Assembly (NCBI GenBank): GCA_964352295.1
Contig: CAYGRR010000004.1
Span: 17 to 64,016, forward strand
From: an uncultured Pseudohongiella sp.
Lineage (GTDB): Bacteria > Pseudomonadota > Gammaproteobacteria > Pseudomonadales > Pseudohongiellaceae
DNA length: 64,000 nucleotides
Reading direction: 5' to 3'
Below the pieces are notes generated by a model. The model searched no databases. It was not told where the DNA came from and saw only the letters and a program-made list of their open reading frames with translations. Below, piece after piece: positions 45,871 to 55,576 of this stretch. How positions within the stretch are numbered: position 1 is the first letter of the stretch; each line of letters begins with the position of its first letter. The position numbers and the translations under genes were made by a program.

Positions 45871-46458
45871 CTAGCTGAAGCCGATCCAGCGTCCGGTGGC
45901 TGCAACCGTAAACCAAGTCAACATGGAGGTGATTGCCAGCAATCGAAGCATCCAAGGATTAATGTCCGTATGCGGACGGCTGGTTAAAAAAGGCTGCTTT
46001 ATGAACAGCATGAAACAAGAGCCGAGGAGCAGCACCAGCATTTTTATCCAGAAAACCTGCATGTAGTAGACTTTGTCTCCCACGCCCGCAGCGCAGAAAA
46101 TGCCAGTAAGAATTGCTACCAGCAGAGCCCACTTGAAACACTTGTGGGTGCCAGTAACTAGCGTTTCCGAGGGAATATCCTTAAAGATAAGCCCGAGCAG
46201 CCGAAGATCGGTGGCTAACACCGTGCCTCCAAGAACCGCCATCGCAAGCAGGTGCACGGCTTCTACTGTGGCGTAGATAGAGCCGTAAGTTGTGCCAATA
46301 ACACCCAGCCATGACGATTCGCGCATCCAGGTAAAAAAAGGCAGTAGGCCCGGGTACACAGACTCGCGCACGCCTAGCGCTTCAATCAAGATGATCAATA
46401 TTAACGCTGCAGCCACTGATAGCGTTCTAGAATATTGACTCAGTATCGAACCTAGCAT
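45871..46458 (-). CDS. Uncharacterised polytopic membrane protein, paralogue B
   Basis: 195 aa, about 5 TM segments. Shares EA.H.L...V..G.....D.R.LGLI....P..T......HK....TG and a C-terminal GR(W/Y)I motif with the upstream gene. Confidence 0.7.
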   Translation of the reverse strand: MLGSILSQYSRTLSVAAALILIILIEALGVRESVYPGLLPFFTWMRESSWLGVIGTTYGSIYATVEAVHLLAMAVLGGTVLATDLRLLGLIFKDIPSETLVTGTHKCFKWALLVAILTGIFCAAGVGDKVYYMQVFWIKMLVLLLGSCFMLFIKQPFLTSRPHTDINPWMLRLLAITSMLTWFTVAATGRWIGFS

Positions 46459-46514
46459 GCAATCTCCTGAATGTTGATGTTTCGTCTAGCTAGCATCTTT
46501 ATGAAATTCCAAAC

Positions 46515-47087
46515 TTACAGAGCGTTCAGTTGTTCAACACAGCCCGCCGCCCAAAGAATGGTTGTATTGCTTGTGTTCGTGCAGTCAACCCAGTCATAGG
46601 GAATATAGCGACCTAGCGTGACCACTCCACACCAGAGAACGAGTGAGATTATTGCGCCGGTTCTCAAGGGCTTAGGCGCTACCGGATCGTTGTCCCAGCT
46701 TCCATCCGCGGCCTTCATTCGGGCATTAAATACCCAGGCATTAATGAACGCCAGCAAGAGAAGAATCATTTTGATTCGAAACCACAGACTCTGGATGGTC
46801 TCCACCGGCTTGGCATATACCAACAGAGAGCCTGTAATAAACATGACCACAAAGCCAATGATCATCGGCTTGTGTAGCCTAGCGGCTATTGTTGAGGCAG
46901 GCACATTGGGCATGATCAGCCCAAGCATTCGGAAATCTATGATAAACAGGGAGCCGATACTAACCATTAGCGTAAGTACGTGCGTCGCCTCCAGCCAGCT
47001 GTAGCTGTAATAACCAGCAACTAACATCTGGCTATATTGCTGCGCTTCCATCCACTGCCCAAACTGCAGTAATAACTCGTTTATCAC
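46515..47087 (-). CDS. Uncharacterised polytopic membrane protein, paralogue A
   Basis: 190 aa, about 4 TM segments, same motif set. C-terminal Cys pair (DC...GC). GTG start with a GGAGG SD. Confidence 0.7.
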   Translation of the reverse strand: MINELLLQFGQWMEAQQYSQMLVAGYYSYSWLEATHVLTLMVSIGSLFIIDFRMLGLIMPNVPASTIAARLHKPMIIGFVVMFITGSLLVYAKPVETIQSLWFRIKMILLLLAFINAWVFNARMKAADGSWDNDPVAPKPLRTGAIISLVLWCGVVTLGRYIPYDWVDCTNTSNTTILWAAGCVEQLNAL

Positions 47088-47213
47088 GCTAACTAGCCTC
47101 CGTTTATCCCGTATTGGAATGCATCGGTAATTGACCCGAAAGCATAAACATCCTTGCTCCCGGAGTCCACTGCAATGATGTCGAATACATCAATGTTCAG
47201 CGCAATACGAGGC

Positions 47214-48299
47214 CTAGGTTTCGCGCTTTCGGTATTCCGAGGGGGTCACACCCATGATCTGGCGGAACGCATTGTTGAATGGCGTGATAGATTGATAGCC
47301 AACAGAGAGCGCTATCGTCAGCACAGGCACGTTCGGGTTTTTCTTATCGGCTAAGGCGAGGCTTGCATCCTCGATACGATACTTGTGAAGCATCGCATTG
47401 AAGTTTCTATAGCCCAGTTGCTTATGGATAAACGCACGAAGCCTGTACTCGGGCAGATTGAGCTTCTTGGCCAGCATCGAAATAGTTAGCCCCGCCTCTC
47501 TATACAACTTTCCTTCTTTGAAAACCTTATTAAAACTGTCTTTATCAAACGGAGCGGTGCTCGCGGCCTCAGCCTCCTCCGTTAATTCCGTAACCTTACG
47601 AATCACATTGCCAAGAGAGACGTAGTCGAACCGCATTGCGACAAGCAGCATGCCCATGGCTAGAAACGCTATTGAACTTACGATAATGCCCTGAGCAGTC
47701 GCGTAGCTGTTTGAGTCGCTGTCCAGCAAAAAATTTTCAACGAAAACGACGCTAAAAATCAGCGCCCCTTGCACTCCTATGATGAACCAACGCAGAATTC
47801 TGCGATCGTCGACCAAATCTGCTCTCCAACCTTTTAGAGTCCAGTAGATCGCAGAGGCAACAAAAGCTAGCATCAATACGTCCATGCAGGTGCTTAGAAA
47901 ATCCAAGGATGCCGAGATACTTCCATCACTCGAATACAGAGATATCCCCGAAAGAACAGAATCTAGAATTACCTGCGATGCGAAGGCGAGTATTAATAAG
48001 AAGGGAAACTTCTGCTGCTCTTGAAAGATCAAGAAGCAGTAGATCATAAACAAGCCCGGTATAGTGTTCATGCCAATCTGGATGATCAATTGCCAGCGAC
48101 TCAGATCGAGCTGAAACTGCGGGTCGATATGTTGCCCCGCCATTCCGTTGAGCAAATAGAAGGCGATAAATACCGCCATCAAGGCAAATACTCTCGCACT
48201 GCCTGCGCGCGGTTCAGCCTTTAGGTAACCTGCCGCCAAGAGAAGGACCGATAGCATCGCGATAATCTGCGCGGCGAAAAAGAGAAGTGGATTTGGCAA
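47214..48299 (-). CDS. AraC family transcriptional regulator with N-terminal multi-TM domain
   Basis: About 230 aa of hydrophobic helices followed by an AraC HTH (ISMLAKKLNLPEYRLRAFIHKQLGYRNF...GYQSITPFNNAFRQIMGVTPSEYRK). TTG start is uncertain. Confidence 0.8.
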   Translation of the reverse strand: MPNPLLFFAAQIIAMLSVLLLAAGYLKAEPRAGSARVFALMAVFIAFYLLNGMAGQHIDPQFQLDLSRWQLIIQIGMNTIPGLFMIYCFLIFQEQQKFPFLLILAFASQVILDSVLSGISLYSSDGSISASLDFLSTCMDVLMLAFVASAIYWTLKGWRADLVDDRRILRWFIIGVQGALIFSVVFVENFLLDSDSNSYATAQGIIVSSIAFLAMGMLLVAMRFDYVSLGNVIRKVTELTEEAEAASTAPFDKDSFNKVFKEGKLYREAGLTISMLAKKLNLPEYRLRAFIHKQLGYRNFNAMLHKYRIEDASLALADKKNPNVPVLTIALSVGYQSITPFNNAFRQIMGVTPSEYRKRET

Positions 48300-48421
48300 A
48301 AGACCTTCCTGAAGATAGGGGCTAGCGGCTATGACAATAACCGATCAATCGATGAAATTCAAAGACATCAATACCCTATTGTGAATCGACTAACCGTCCC
48401 TCAAGCGTTACTGACAAGCCC

Positions 48422-48757
48422 CTAGCGCCGGAACCTTTCCTCCACCTCATCGATGATGCTGTCTACTGAGCGCTCTCCCCGTTCATGGGCGTCAATCTGA
48501 TTGAACAGATTGATAGACCTCTCAGTACCGCGGCCAAACTCCAGTACTTTCTCAAAGTAACTTTCCGCTCCCTCATTCTGTTGAATTAGGTCGATGATAA
48601 ACGCCCCTAAGGAAAGCGCGCTGAGCAGAATGTCTCTGAATGCATCGATGTACAATTTGAGTTGAAACACACCGAACTTACGTAATTGTGGCCACAATCT
48701 TTTCATCTTTTCTGTCCTCTCTCTGCCCTTTTCGTGGTTAGCTCCCTGATTCATCAT
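48422..48757 (-). CDS. Small hypothetical membrane-associated protein
   Basis: 111 aa, one hydrophobic helix (ILLSALSLGAFIIDLI), GAGGA SD. No family recognised. Confidence 0.45.
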   Translation of the reverse strand: MMNQGANHEKGRERTEKMKRLWPQLRKFGVFQLKLYIDAFRDILLSALSLGAFIIDLIQQNEGAESYFEKVLEFGRGTERSINLFNQIDAHERGERSVDSIIDEVEERFRR

Positions 48758-48811
48758 CGTCCTCGAGAGTTTTGAGGCCGCGAGCTAAGCACTTACTCTA
48801 AACTATTCCCT

Positions 48812-48856
48812 AAAAAAGGTCCGGCTACGAATCCGCTCGGGACCGATTCGTAGCCG
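48812..48856 (-). terminator. Strong rho-independent terminator with no obvious gene upstream
   Basis: Perfect 12-bp stem CGGCTACGAATC-N11-GATTCGTAGCCG followed on the minus strand by GACC-TTTTTT. It lies 360 nt beyond the nearest upstream stop (49218). Confidence 0.7.
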
Positions 48857-49217
48857 AAACCAGGCGCAAAAACCGCTTCGCCCTCGCAACACTCCCCACA
48901 ATCCTCCATTAGACGCCTGCAGGCTAAGAGTAGTTACCAGCGGCATGCTTTCCTTCATCGCACAACATCGAGTAATGATCCGCAGTCTAGTATTCACTTT
49001 CTATGCCAGAATTTAAGCGATTGTTTTAAAAGGGGTTTTTAAGAATTGCAAGAATATGGGATGAGCAATGAAGCCACAGAATGGCTGTTTATACCAAGTG
49101 GCTGGTACTTAGAGATTCTGTCTATTTGCCAATGAGAGAAGGATTCTCTAGAGGGGGATAACGCCGCACATCAGCTTGGAGCGCCTTAGCTGATTGAGCG
49201 AATCGACGAATTACGAA

Positions 49218-50513
49218 TCAGCTTGAAGTAACAGGCTCATCCACGGCGACTACAGTGGACTCTTCTATCGCGGTCATGGCCTGCGAGATAGACTCCAATT
49301 CGAAATCCATGCCCGCATAGTCAATCAACCGGGTGAATATTTTGTCATTGAATGCTGTCGCCGGCGTCCAGAAACCTCCCCCCACGTCGCCCTCGTCGAC
49401 GTCGCGGCGCAGGCTTATCCCCGCTTGTGCCAGCATCTTAGCGGTAGATCCATAGCCCGGATCTCTGTCGCCTGTTACCTTGATGCGTACTTTCTCCCCC
49501 CTCGGAGTACTGCCTAGCAAGCGCAGATCGTAGCACCCCTTCAATTGTTGCTCCTCGGTTGGACCCTCTCCTGGGCTAGGCAAGAAGAAGCGAGTGGCGA
49601 ACCAACGCACGGGAGCGAAGGCGAGCAAGAACATGGAAACCTTCGTCCCCGCTGACATCCTCTTCGCGGACTTCTTCCCCCGCTTTCCCGAGCCGGTCAG
49701 CATGGCTTCGTCGTACATAAAATTTTCGGCATAGTGACCCTCGAGCAACGCATTGCTTCTTAGCACTACTCGCGTATTTATTGATGCCATGATAAATGGC
49801 CCTGCCCAGGCATCGTAATCGTCATCGAATTCCACGGACACATTGTGTTGCCGTGCCGAGAATGAATGTGCCGGCGGGCATAGAGAATAGGGATCTCGCA
49901 TTTCCCTGCGAATCTCTGGGTTGGAAGCGGCCTCCTTATAGAGATTTAGGCCGCTAGCAACAGTACCACCCGAAGCGGCGCCCTTTAGAACTTTCACGCG
50001 CAGCTTCACTCTATCGCAATAGCTTCCGAAGTGTCGCTGCGCGGTGGCCTGCAGAAATTTGACGCCCAGATCGGAAGGAATGGAGTCGAAACCGCAGCAG
50101 TGCACTATTCTTGCGCCAGTGCGTTTGGCATCTGCTTCGTAGAGTTCGATCATCCGTCGAATCCATTGCGGCTCGCCGGTCAGGTCGCAGTAATCCGTTC
50201 CGAGTTGACTGCAGGTCTTGACTAGCAGGTCTCCGTACAGGGCATAGGGGCCCACAGTGGAGATAACTAGCTCTGTCCTTTCACACAGGGATTCGAGTGC
50301 CTGTTCATCGAAGGAGTCTGCAACGATAAGGGGTACCGCTTCCGCATTACTTCCCAAGGATGCTTTAAGCTCAGTCAACTTGGTCTCAGAGCGAGCCGCC
50401 ATAGCCCACCTCAAATTAGGCTCGGTATGCTCATTCACGAGGTAGTTACAGAGAATTTTGCCGACAAAACTCGTCGCTCCGAAAATGACTAGCTCGAACT
50501 CTCTATTCTTCAT
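49218..50513 (-). CDS. Saccharopine dehydrogenase family (trans-acting enoyl reductase-like) protein
   Basis: N-terminal Rossmann motif FELVIFGATSFVGK. 431 aa, typical family length. Confidence 0.8.
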   Translation of the reverse strand: MKNREFELVIFGATSFVGKILCNYLVNEHTEPNLRWAMAARSETKLTELKASLGSNAEAVPLIVADSFDEQALESLCERTELVISTVGPYALYGDLLVKTCSQLGTDYCDLTGEPQWIRRMIELYEADAKRTGARIVHCCGFDSIPSDLGVKFLQATAQRHFGSYCDRVKLRVKVLKGAASGGTVASGLNLYKEAASNPEIRREMRDPYSLCPPAHSFSARQHNVSVEFDDDYDAWAGPFIMASINTRVVLRSNALLEGHYAENFMYDEAMLTGSGKRGKKSAKRMSAGTKVSMFLLAFAPVRWFATRFFLPSPGEGPTEEQQLKGCYDLRLLGSTPRGEKVRIKVTGDRDPGYGSTAKMLAQAGISLRRDVDEGDVGGGFWTPATAFNDKIFTRLIDYAGMDFELESISQAMTAIEESTVVAVDEPVTSS

Positions 50514-50531
50514 CTGGTCTGATCCTAGTCT

Positions 50532-51632
50532 CTAAATTGTCGCTTCGCTGCTCGTGCGAGTGGCGGTCTCGTTAGCTTGAGGTGAGGCGCTTTCATTGCC
50601 ATCTCGGGAATGACGAAAGCTCATCCATATGAGGAACTGTAAGCCGAATAGCATCGAGGCGGCTAACAGATGAGTAGGCTGAACGAGCGCGGGCATCCCC
50701 AAATGCCCTAGGGTGGCGCCAGAGAGAACAGCGGCAGCAATCACTCCCAACATCGCGAGAGTAAGCCTGCTCAGCGTGTGCTGCCATCCCAGCGACAGCA
50801 CTAACAATCTTGCCAGCCAGAGATTAGAGAACAATACGACCGCTGAAAAGCTTCTGTGTACATAGAAAAACCAAGGCATGGCCTCGATCCAGCTTGATCG
50901 GAGTTCCTCGCCTTGAGATTCCCTCAAGAGGTCGGTCATCTCGCGCACCTGCGTACCCATCGCCACCTGAAGTACGGTTAAGCCGAGCACGATGTACAGC
51001 CATTTCTCAAAACGCGGGTCTATGTTAGTCACCGACTGTGAAGCCATGATGCCGCGTCTAGCCTGAGCAACTGCATACAACAGGGTCCCTACGATAGCCA
51101 GTGCCATCAGCATATGCAGGGTAATCATCCCAGGCTGCAGGTTCGAGCCTACTACTTTGGCACCTAGCCAACCCTGGAAACCCACCATCAAGAATGCAGC
51201 TACGGATGCCCTGAAGATTCTCGTGTCATGGGATCGACACGACCAGGAGTAGAGAGCTGTTAAGAAGATCATGAATCCAATGCTAACCCCAACGAGTCTG
51301 TTGGTGTATTCCGTCCAGGTCTTCACCACATTGAAGCGCGTATCGGCGTAACCCAAGTCTGCGTAGATTTGTTGATAGTCCGCCGGCAGCTGCGCCTCGC
51401 TTGTAGGCGGAATCCAGCTACCGAAACAAGTAGGCCAATCAGGGCAGCCCATACCGGCGCCCGATGCGCGCACTGTTGCGCCAACCAAAATCAAAAAGTA
51501 AACGGCGGCTAGGGTTATCCAAGCCATACGGCGATAGCGCCTAAGTGCGAGGTTGTCGGTTTCGGTATTCATTGAATTTGAGAGGCCTCTGAATCGGTCT
51601 GCCTTCCGCAGAGCCGGTTCCAGTAAAATCAT
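50532..51632 (-). CDS. ctaA: COX15/CtaA family heme A synthase
   Basis: GAGMGCPDWPTCFG motif and 8 TM segments with conserved His. Start may be M21 (51572). Confidence 0.85.
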   Translation of the reverse strand: MILLEPALRKADRFRGLSNSMNTETDNLALRRYRRMAWITLAAVYFLILVGATVRASGAGMGCPDWPTCFGSWIPPTSEAQLPADYQQIYADLGYADTRFNVVKTWTEYTNRLVGVSIGFMIFLTALYSWSCRSHDTRIFRASVAAFLMVGFQGWLGAKVVGSNLQPGMITLHMLMALAIVGTLLYAVAQARRGIMASQSVTNIDPRFEKWLYIVLGLTVLQVAMGTQVREMTDLLRESQGEELRSSWIEAMPWFFYVHRSFSAVVLFSNLWLARLLVLSLGWQHTLSRLTLAMLGVIAAAVLSGATLGHLGMPALVQPTHLLAASMLFGLQFLIWMSFRHSRDGNESASPQANETATRTSSEATI

Positions 51633-51643
51633 CGCGAATTGTC

Positions 51644-52822
51644 TTAACTGCGCAGGGATTCCAGCAAAGATATCGATGGATAGCTATCCATCGGCAAGCC
51701 CTGCTGCTGTTGATACGCCCGAATGGCGCTTCTGGTTTGACTACCCACTCGACCATCCGGAGCTCCCGAATCGAAGCCATGGCCATTGAGCAACTCCTGC
51801 AACTCTCGCACCTGATCAACGCTCATCGCCTGCTCGTTCTCTGGCATGCGCTGTATCGGTGGCCCACCGGCAAATCGATCGGCGAGATGCCCGACTGTCA
51901 ACGCATAGAATATGGGCGGGTTGTACGCTTGCGTGGCTCTGAAATTGTTATAGGTTAAGAAGGCTGGGCCCTGCGCACCGGCAGGAATAACAACCGACGC
52001 CCGCATGTCTGCCACCGGGATAGGTGCACCGTTCGTCTGCAGCAGGCCCATATCACGCCACTCTTGAAGCGGTTTACGGATATTGGTGCCCGCAAGAGCG
52101 AAGTCGAAGTCAGCGGGAAGCAATATTTCTCGCCCCCAACGCTCGTCGCCCTTCCACCCAGACTTGGAGAGGAAATTCGCCGCCGAATGAAAGATATCAG
52201 GCAGGCTATTCCAGATATCGATACGCCCGTCACCATCGCCATCGACACCGTGCTGGTAGAACACGGAGGGCATAAACTGCAGCTGCCCCATGGCTCCCGC
52301 CCACGAGCCACTCATGCTTTCGGCAGAGATATGGCCATCATCGATGATCTGCAGTGCGGTTAGCAGCTGAGCTCTGAAGAAATCGGCCCTGCGCGGATCA
52401 TAGGCCAGGGTCGCTAGCGCCTGCAGAACAGAGAAGCCGCCCGTGTTATTACCGAAGTTGCTTTCAACCGCCCAGAATGCCGCTAGATACTGCGGCTGGA
52501 CTCCGTAGCGCTGTCTCACCTCTTCCAGTAACTGGCCATGTTGCTCTAATAGCTGCTGGCCTCGTTCTACTTGGCGATCTGTGACCCGTAGGCCGAGATA
52601 GCGGGTAAAGGTCTGCACAAATTCGGGCTGACTCCCATCGAGTTCGAGGACCCTGGGCAGCGGCGCCTCAAGCTCATCGAGAGCCTCGAGGGTTGCTTCA
52701 CTAATGCCGAGAGCGGCAGCTTCCGCGCGCAATTGAGCCACCCAATCGCTAAACGATTGTTCCTGTGACAATGCGGGGGAACTTACTAGGAAGAACAGCA
52801 GGAAAGCAGCTACTTTTTTCAT
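51644..52822 (-). CDS. Lytic murein transglycosylase (MltB family) with C-terminal peptidoglycan-binding domain
   Basis: AVESNFG catalytic region, GAMGQLQFMP, and a C-terminal PG_binding_1-like repeat (GSQTRSAIRAYQQQQGL). Start set to the ATG at 52822, which begins a signal peptide. Confidence 0.85.
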   Translation of the reverse strand: MKKVAAFLLFFLVSSPALSQEQSFSDWVAQLRAEAAALGISEATLEALDELEAPLPRVLELDGSQPEFVQTFTRYLGLRVTDRQVERGQQLLEQHGQLLEEVRQRYGVQPQYLAAFWAVESNFGNNTGGFSVLQALATLAYDPRRADFFRAQLLTALQIIDDGHISAESMSGSWAGAMGQLQFMPSVFYQHGVDGDGDGRIDIWNSLPDIFHSAANFLSKSGWKGDERWGREILLPADFDFALAGTNIRKPLQEWRDMGLLQTNGAPIPVADMRASVVIPAGAQGPAFLTYNNFRATQAYNPPIFYALTVGHLADRFAGGPPIQRMPENEQAMSVDQVRELQELLNGHGFDSGAPDGRVGSQTRSAIRAYQQQQGLPMDSYPSISLLESLRS

Positions 52823-52931
52823 CTGGCCATGATAATGGATATTGGCACGAATGGAAATCTGCAATACTTACAGGTCGGCTGACGCCGACTCTGCTCTCTA
52901 GCCGCGCCAGCGGCGATTCTCAAGCAATCTA

Positions 52932-53327
52932 TTAAGCAGCGACAGAGTGGCTAAGATACTCAATGAGCTGCTTCTCATCTTGTTCGGCAAGTGCTTGAAA
53001 ATTCACACCCAGATGATAGCTGTCCTGACGTTGACGACGACAGAAAGAAACAGTACAAGTAGATTTGATCTTTCGAGTATTGCGTCCTTGAGCCGGTAGG
53101 CTAAATTCTAGTTCGAAGTCCGGGAAGAGCCCTGCTTCAGACTTGAACTTTGAAAGCTGTTCAATCAATTTGTGGCGACATTCGAGTTCAATTCCAGCGG
53201 GAGACAGATTCATTAGAGTTCCATTCCTCACGATACCCGCCAATCGAATATTCGCTTCACCACTAAGGTCTACTCGGGGATAATTTCTTTTCTCATTGTT
53301 CATAACATTAGTCTTCAAATGATCCAA
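52932..53327 (-). CDS. Single-domain PilZ protein (c-di-GMP receptor)
   Basis: Canonical RxxxR (RNYPR) and N/DxSxxG (NLSPAG) motifs. Start uncertain (TTG at 53327 or ATG at 53303). Confidence 0.75.
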   Translation of the reverse strand: MDHLKTNVMNNEKRNYPRVDLSGEANIRLAGIVRNGTLMNLSPAGIELECRHKLIEQLSKFKSEAGLFPDFELEFSLPAQGRNTRKIKSTCTVSFCRRQRQDSYHLGVNFQALAEQDEKQLIEYLSHSVAA

Positions 53328-53483
53328 ACAGGATTACAACATTACTCCAAATACCCGTTTATCCTAGCTATTGTTGATAGAATTTAGACCTGCCGCACAT
53401 TTTCCAGGGTCAACGCCGCGAAAAATGAGAACCACACGACGCTTTTGAAGCTGGTAATAATTAAATACACAAAGAGGAGCGAC

Positions 53484-54230
53484 ATGGCACGTCACGAAAT
53501 ACTAGCTAATCATTCCAATACCAGAATGAGGACTTTTCTTACATTATTTTTCATGCCTCTCCTGATCGCCGCCTCTGGAATGTTAGCCGCACAAGAGGAG
53601 CCGAGGACGAACAATGCCGTCAGGGAATACGTAGAACAAGAACAGCGGGGCAACTACGAGACCCTGTATGCTAAATTCGGGAATAATAAGAAACTCCCTG
53701 AGGGCTTCGAGTTACAGGCCCTGCTCGCCCTGAGTCACTACCCCGAGCTGCGGGACACCAAGATCGATTTTATCGTTGCCGATGTATCTATACCCCTGTC
53801 CTCCCGTCCGCACTGGAGCAGCATGCTACGCTCCGCAAAGAGGAGGACTTACCAAGTTATCATAGACAGTGAACTCGCAGGACCTCGCGAAGCCTTGTTA
53901 TTAAGAAATCAACCGTTCAATGCCCAGGTTGGAATTCTCGGTCACGAACTTGCTCATACGGTCTATTACCTAGATCGATCCTTCTTCGGAATCGTGGGTA
54001 ACGCACTGTGCCAGTTTAGCGATTGCCGTATCAGATTCGAACGCGCTACAGATAGACGGCTTATTGACTACGGACTGGGTTGGCAGCGCTTTGACCATGC
54101 GAGTTTTGTTAGGAGTAGAATCAATCGAGACCAGGCATCGGCGTTTACTGCCGAAGGCGGCGGTGGAGCGTACATGAGCCCCGCCGAAATAATGCAGATC
54201 ATCAACAGCCACGAAACTTATTCAGACTAA
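53484..54230 (+). CDS. Exported hypothetical protein with HExxH motif (putative metallopeptidase)
   Basis: Hydrophobic signal-like segment FLTLFFMPLLIAASGMLAAQ and the GHELAH motif. Start set to the ATG at 53484 with an AGAGGAG SD. Confidence 0.45.
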   Translation: MARHEILANHSNTRMRTFLTLFFMPLLIAASGMLAAQEEPRTNNAVREYVEQEQRGNYETLYAKFGNNKKLPEGFELQALLALSHYPELRDTKIDFIVADVSIPLSSRPHWSSMLRSAKRRTYQVIIDSELAGPREALLLRNQPFNAQVGILGHELAHTVYYLDRSFFGIVGNALCQFSDCRIRFERATDRRLIDYGLGWQRFDHASFVRSRINRDQASAFTAEGGGGAYMSPAEIMQIINSHETYSD

Positions 54231-54242
54231 ACAGAGAGCCAC

Positions 54243-55532
54243 TTATGAGAATAAGTTCAGCTCGGCTCCGCTTATAGCGAATTGCGACTTCAGCTCAGCG
54301 GAAACTCCCGCCATCCTTCGCAACGCAAGATGAACATGCTCGGGCGTCAGTGTAATTCCATTCTGATCGAGTTGCAGCGTCTGCGGATTGATCCTTAATG
54401 CTTCGACGTGATCATCGGTGCCGCCTATGACACGATTTCCACGCACCCCCGCACCCATCGCCATGATGCTGGTTACATTCCAGTGGTCCTTGCCCTGATT
54501 ATCATTGTAAAAAGGCGTACGACCGAAGTCCGAACCAATCACTACCGTTACCTTATCTTGCAAGTTGCGCAGTTCTATTTGGTTCCAGAGATGATCGACC
54601 CCTTCAAGCAGCTGAGTCAGTCGTTCGCTATGATTCTGATCATGGTTACCGTGTGTATCGAATCCGCCCATGTGCATGTTCGCACTCACCGCGATGCCGC
54701 TCGCGAATGCCGCAGTCGCTACCTCTGCCTGTCCTTCAAGACCGCTAGATACTCGTTCCGGCAACAGGCTGACAAGTCTATTGAGGTTGTTATCGCCAGC
54801 GCGAGACATTATGAGTTCATCAAGTTGGCTTTTCCTTAGCGGCAGTGTGGCTCGAGTCTTCAATCGCTGCATCCTTGCACGCCTAGCCTGTTCTATCTCA
54901 GCGTAGATCGATGGTGCAAAATACTCTCGACGGTGCTCAGCATCCTCGCCGGGTCGACTCGCATTAGGGAAGGCGAGTTGCTGGAAAACCTCGCCCCCGC
55001 CTATGCGAGCTGGAGCGACCAGTGAGGCGGTATTGTCATAGCCGCCATTACTGATATAGGCCAGAGGCTGACTAGGCGCCGTGCTGGCTGCCGCCATTGC
55101 CGCGAAGCTCGGGTATCCAGATTCAATCTTTCCACTCCAGACAAAACGCGAACCGGAATCATGATTGTTGGTCTGCGTATCGATGCCGTTGATAATTAGC
55201 AGGCGCGAGGCATGTCTGGGGAAGAAGTTGGCAAAATGTCCTGGAGAGTTTGCATCCGGCGGCTGTATGTCTTCGGGATAAGAGCCAGGGAATCGAATGT
55301 TGCCGGCCGTTCTTATGGCGCTAGCGGAATAGTTATTCACCGGACCCCTGCCATCCAATCTTGGGCGATTACCCTTTGGATCAATGAAATAGGTAGGGTC
55401 CCAACCACCGCCGGCGTTCACGGAGATCCAAAACCGATCTGGAGTCGCTTCTTGCGCAAACACCGACTGTTGTGGAATGAGTAAACCAAGCCCACTGCCG
55501 CCAAGATATTTTAAAAACTGTCGTCTGTACAT
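54243..55532 (-). CDS. DUF1501 family protein (sulfatase/phosphatase-like fold) with Tat signal
   Basis: Twin-arginine N-terminus MYRRQFLKYLGGSG and the C-terminal DUF1501 hallmark GSDFGRTP...GKDHW...GGTD. Confidence 0.75.
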   Translation of the reverse strand: MYRRQFLKYLGGSGLGLLIPQQSVFAQEATPDRFWISVNAGGGWDPTYFIDPKGNRPRLDGRGPVNNYSASAIRTAGNIRFPGSYPEDIQPPDANSPGHFANFFPRHASRLLIINGIDTQTNNHDSGSRFVWSGKIESGYPSFAAMAAASTAPSQPLAYISNGGYDNTASLVAPARIGGGEVFQQLAFPNASRPGEDAEHRREYFAPSIYAEIEQARRARMQRLKTRATLPLRKSQLDELIMSRAGDNNLNRLVSLLPERVSSGLEGQAEVATAAFASGIAVSANMHMGGFDTHGNHDQNHSERLTQLLEGVDHLWNQIELRNLQDKVTVVIGSDFGRTPFYNDNQGKDHWNVTSIMAMGAGVRGNRVIGGTDDHVEALRINPQTLQLDQNGITLTPEHVHLALRRMAGVSAELKSQFAISGAELNLFS

Positions 55533-55576
55533 GTGATTCGCTCGCTTGTAAGAAATTTGACTAGGCCACATTCACC

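Noticed and set aside
48803-48997. 64-aa minus-strand ORF in the 460-nt gap.
   Set aside because: It reads straight through the 12-bp terminator stem and U-tract. It has no SD and an odd composition.
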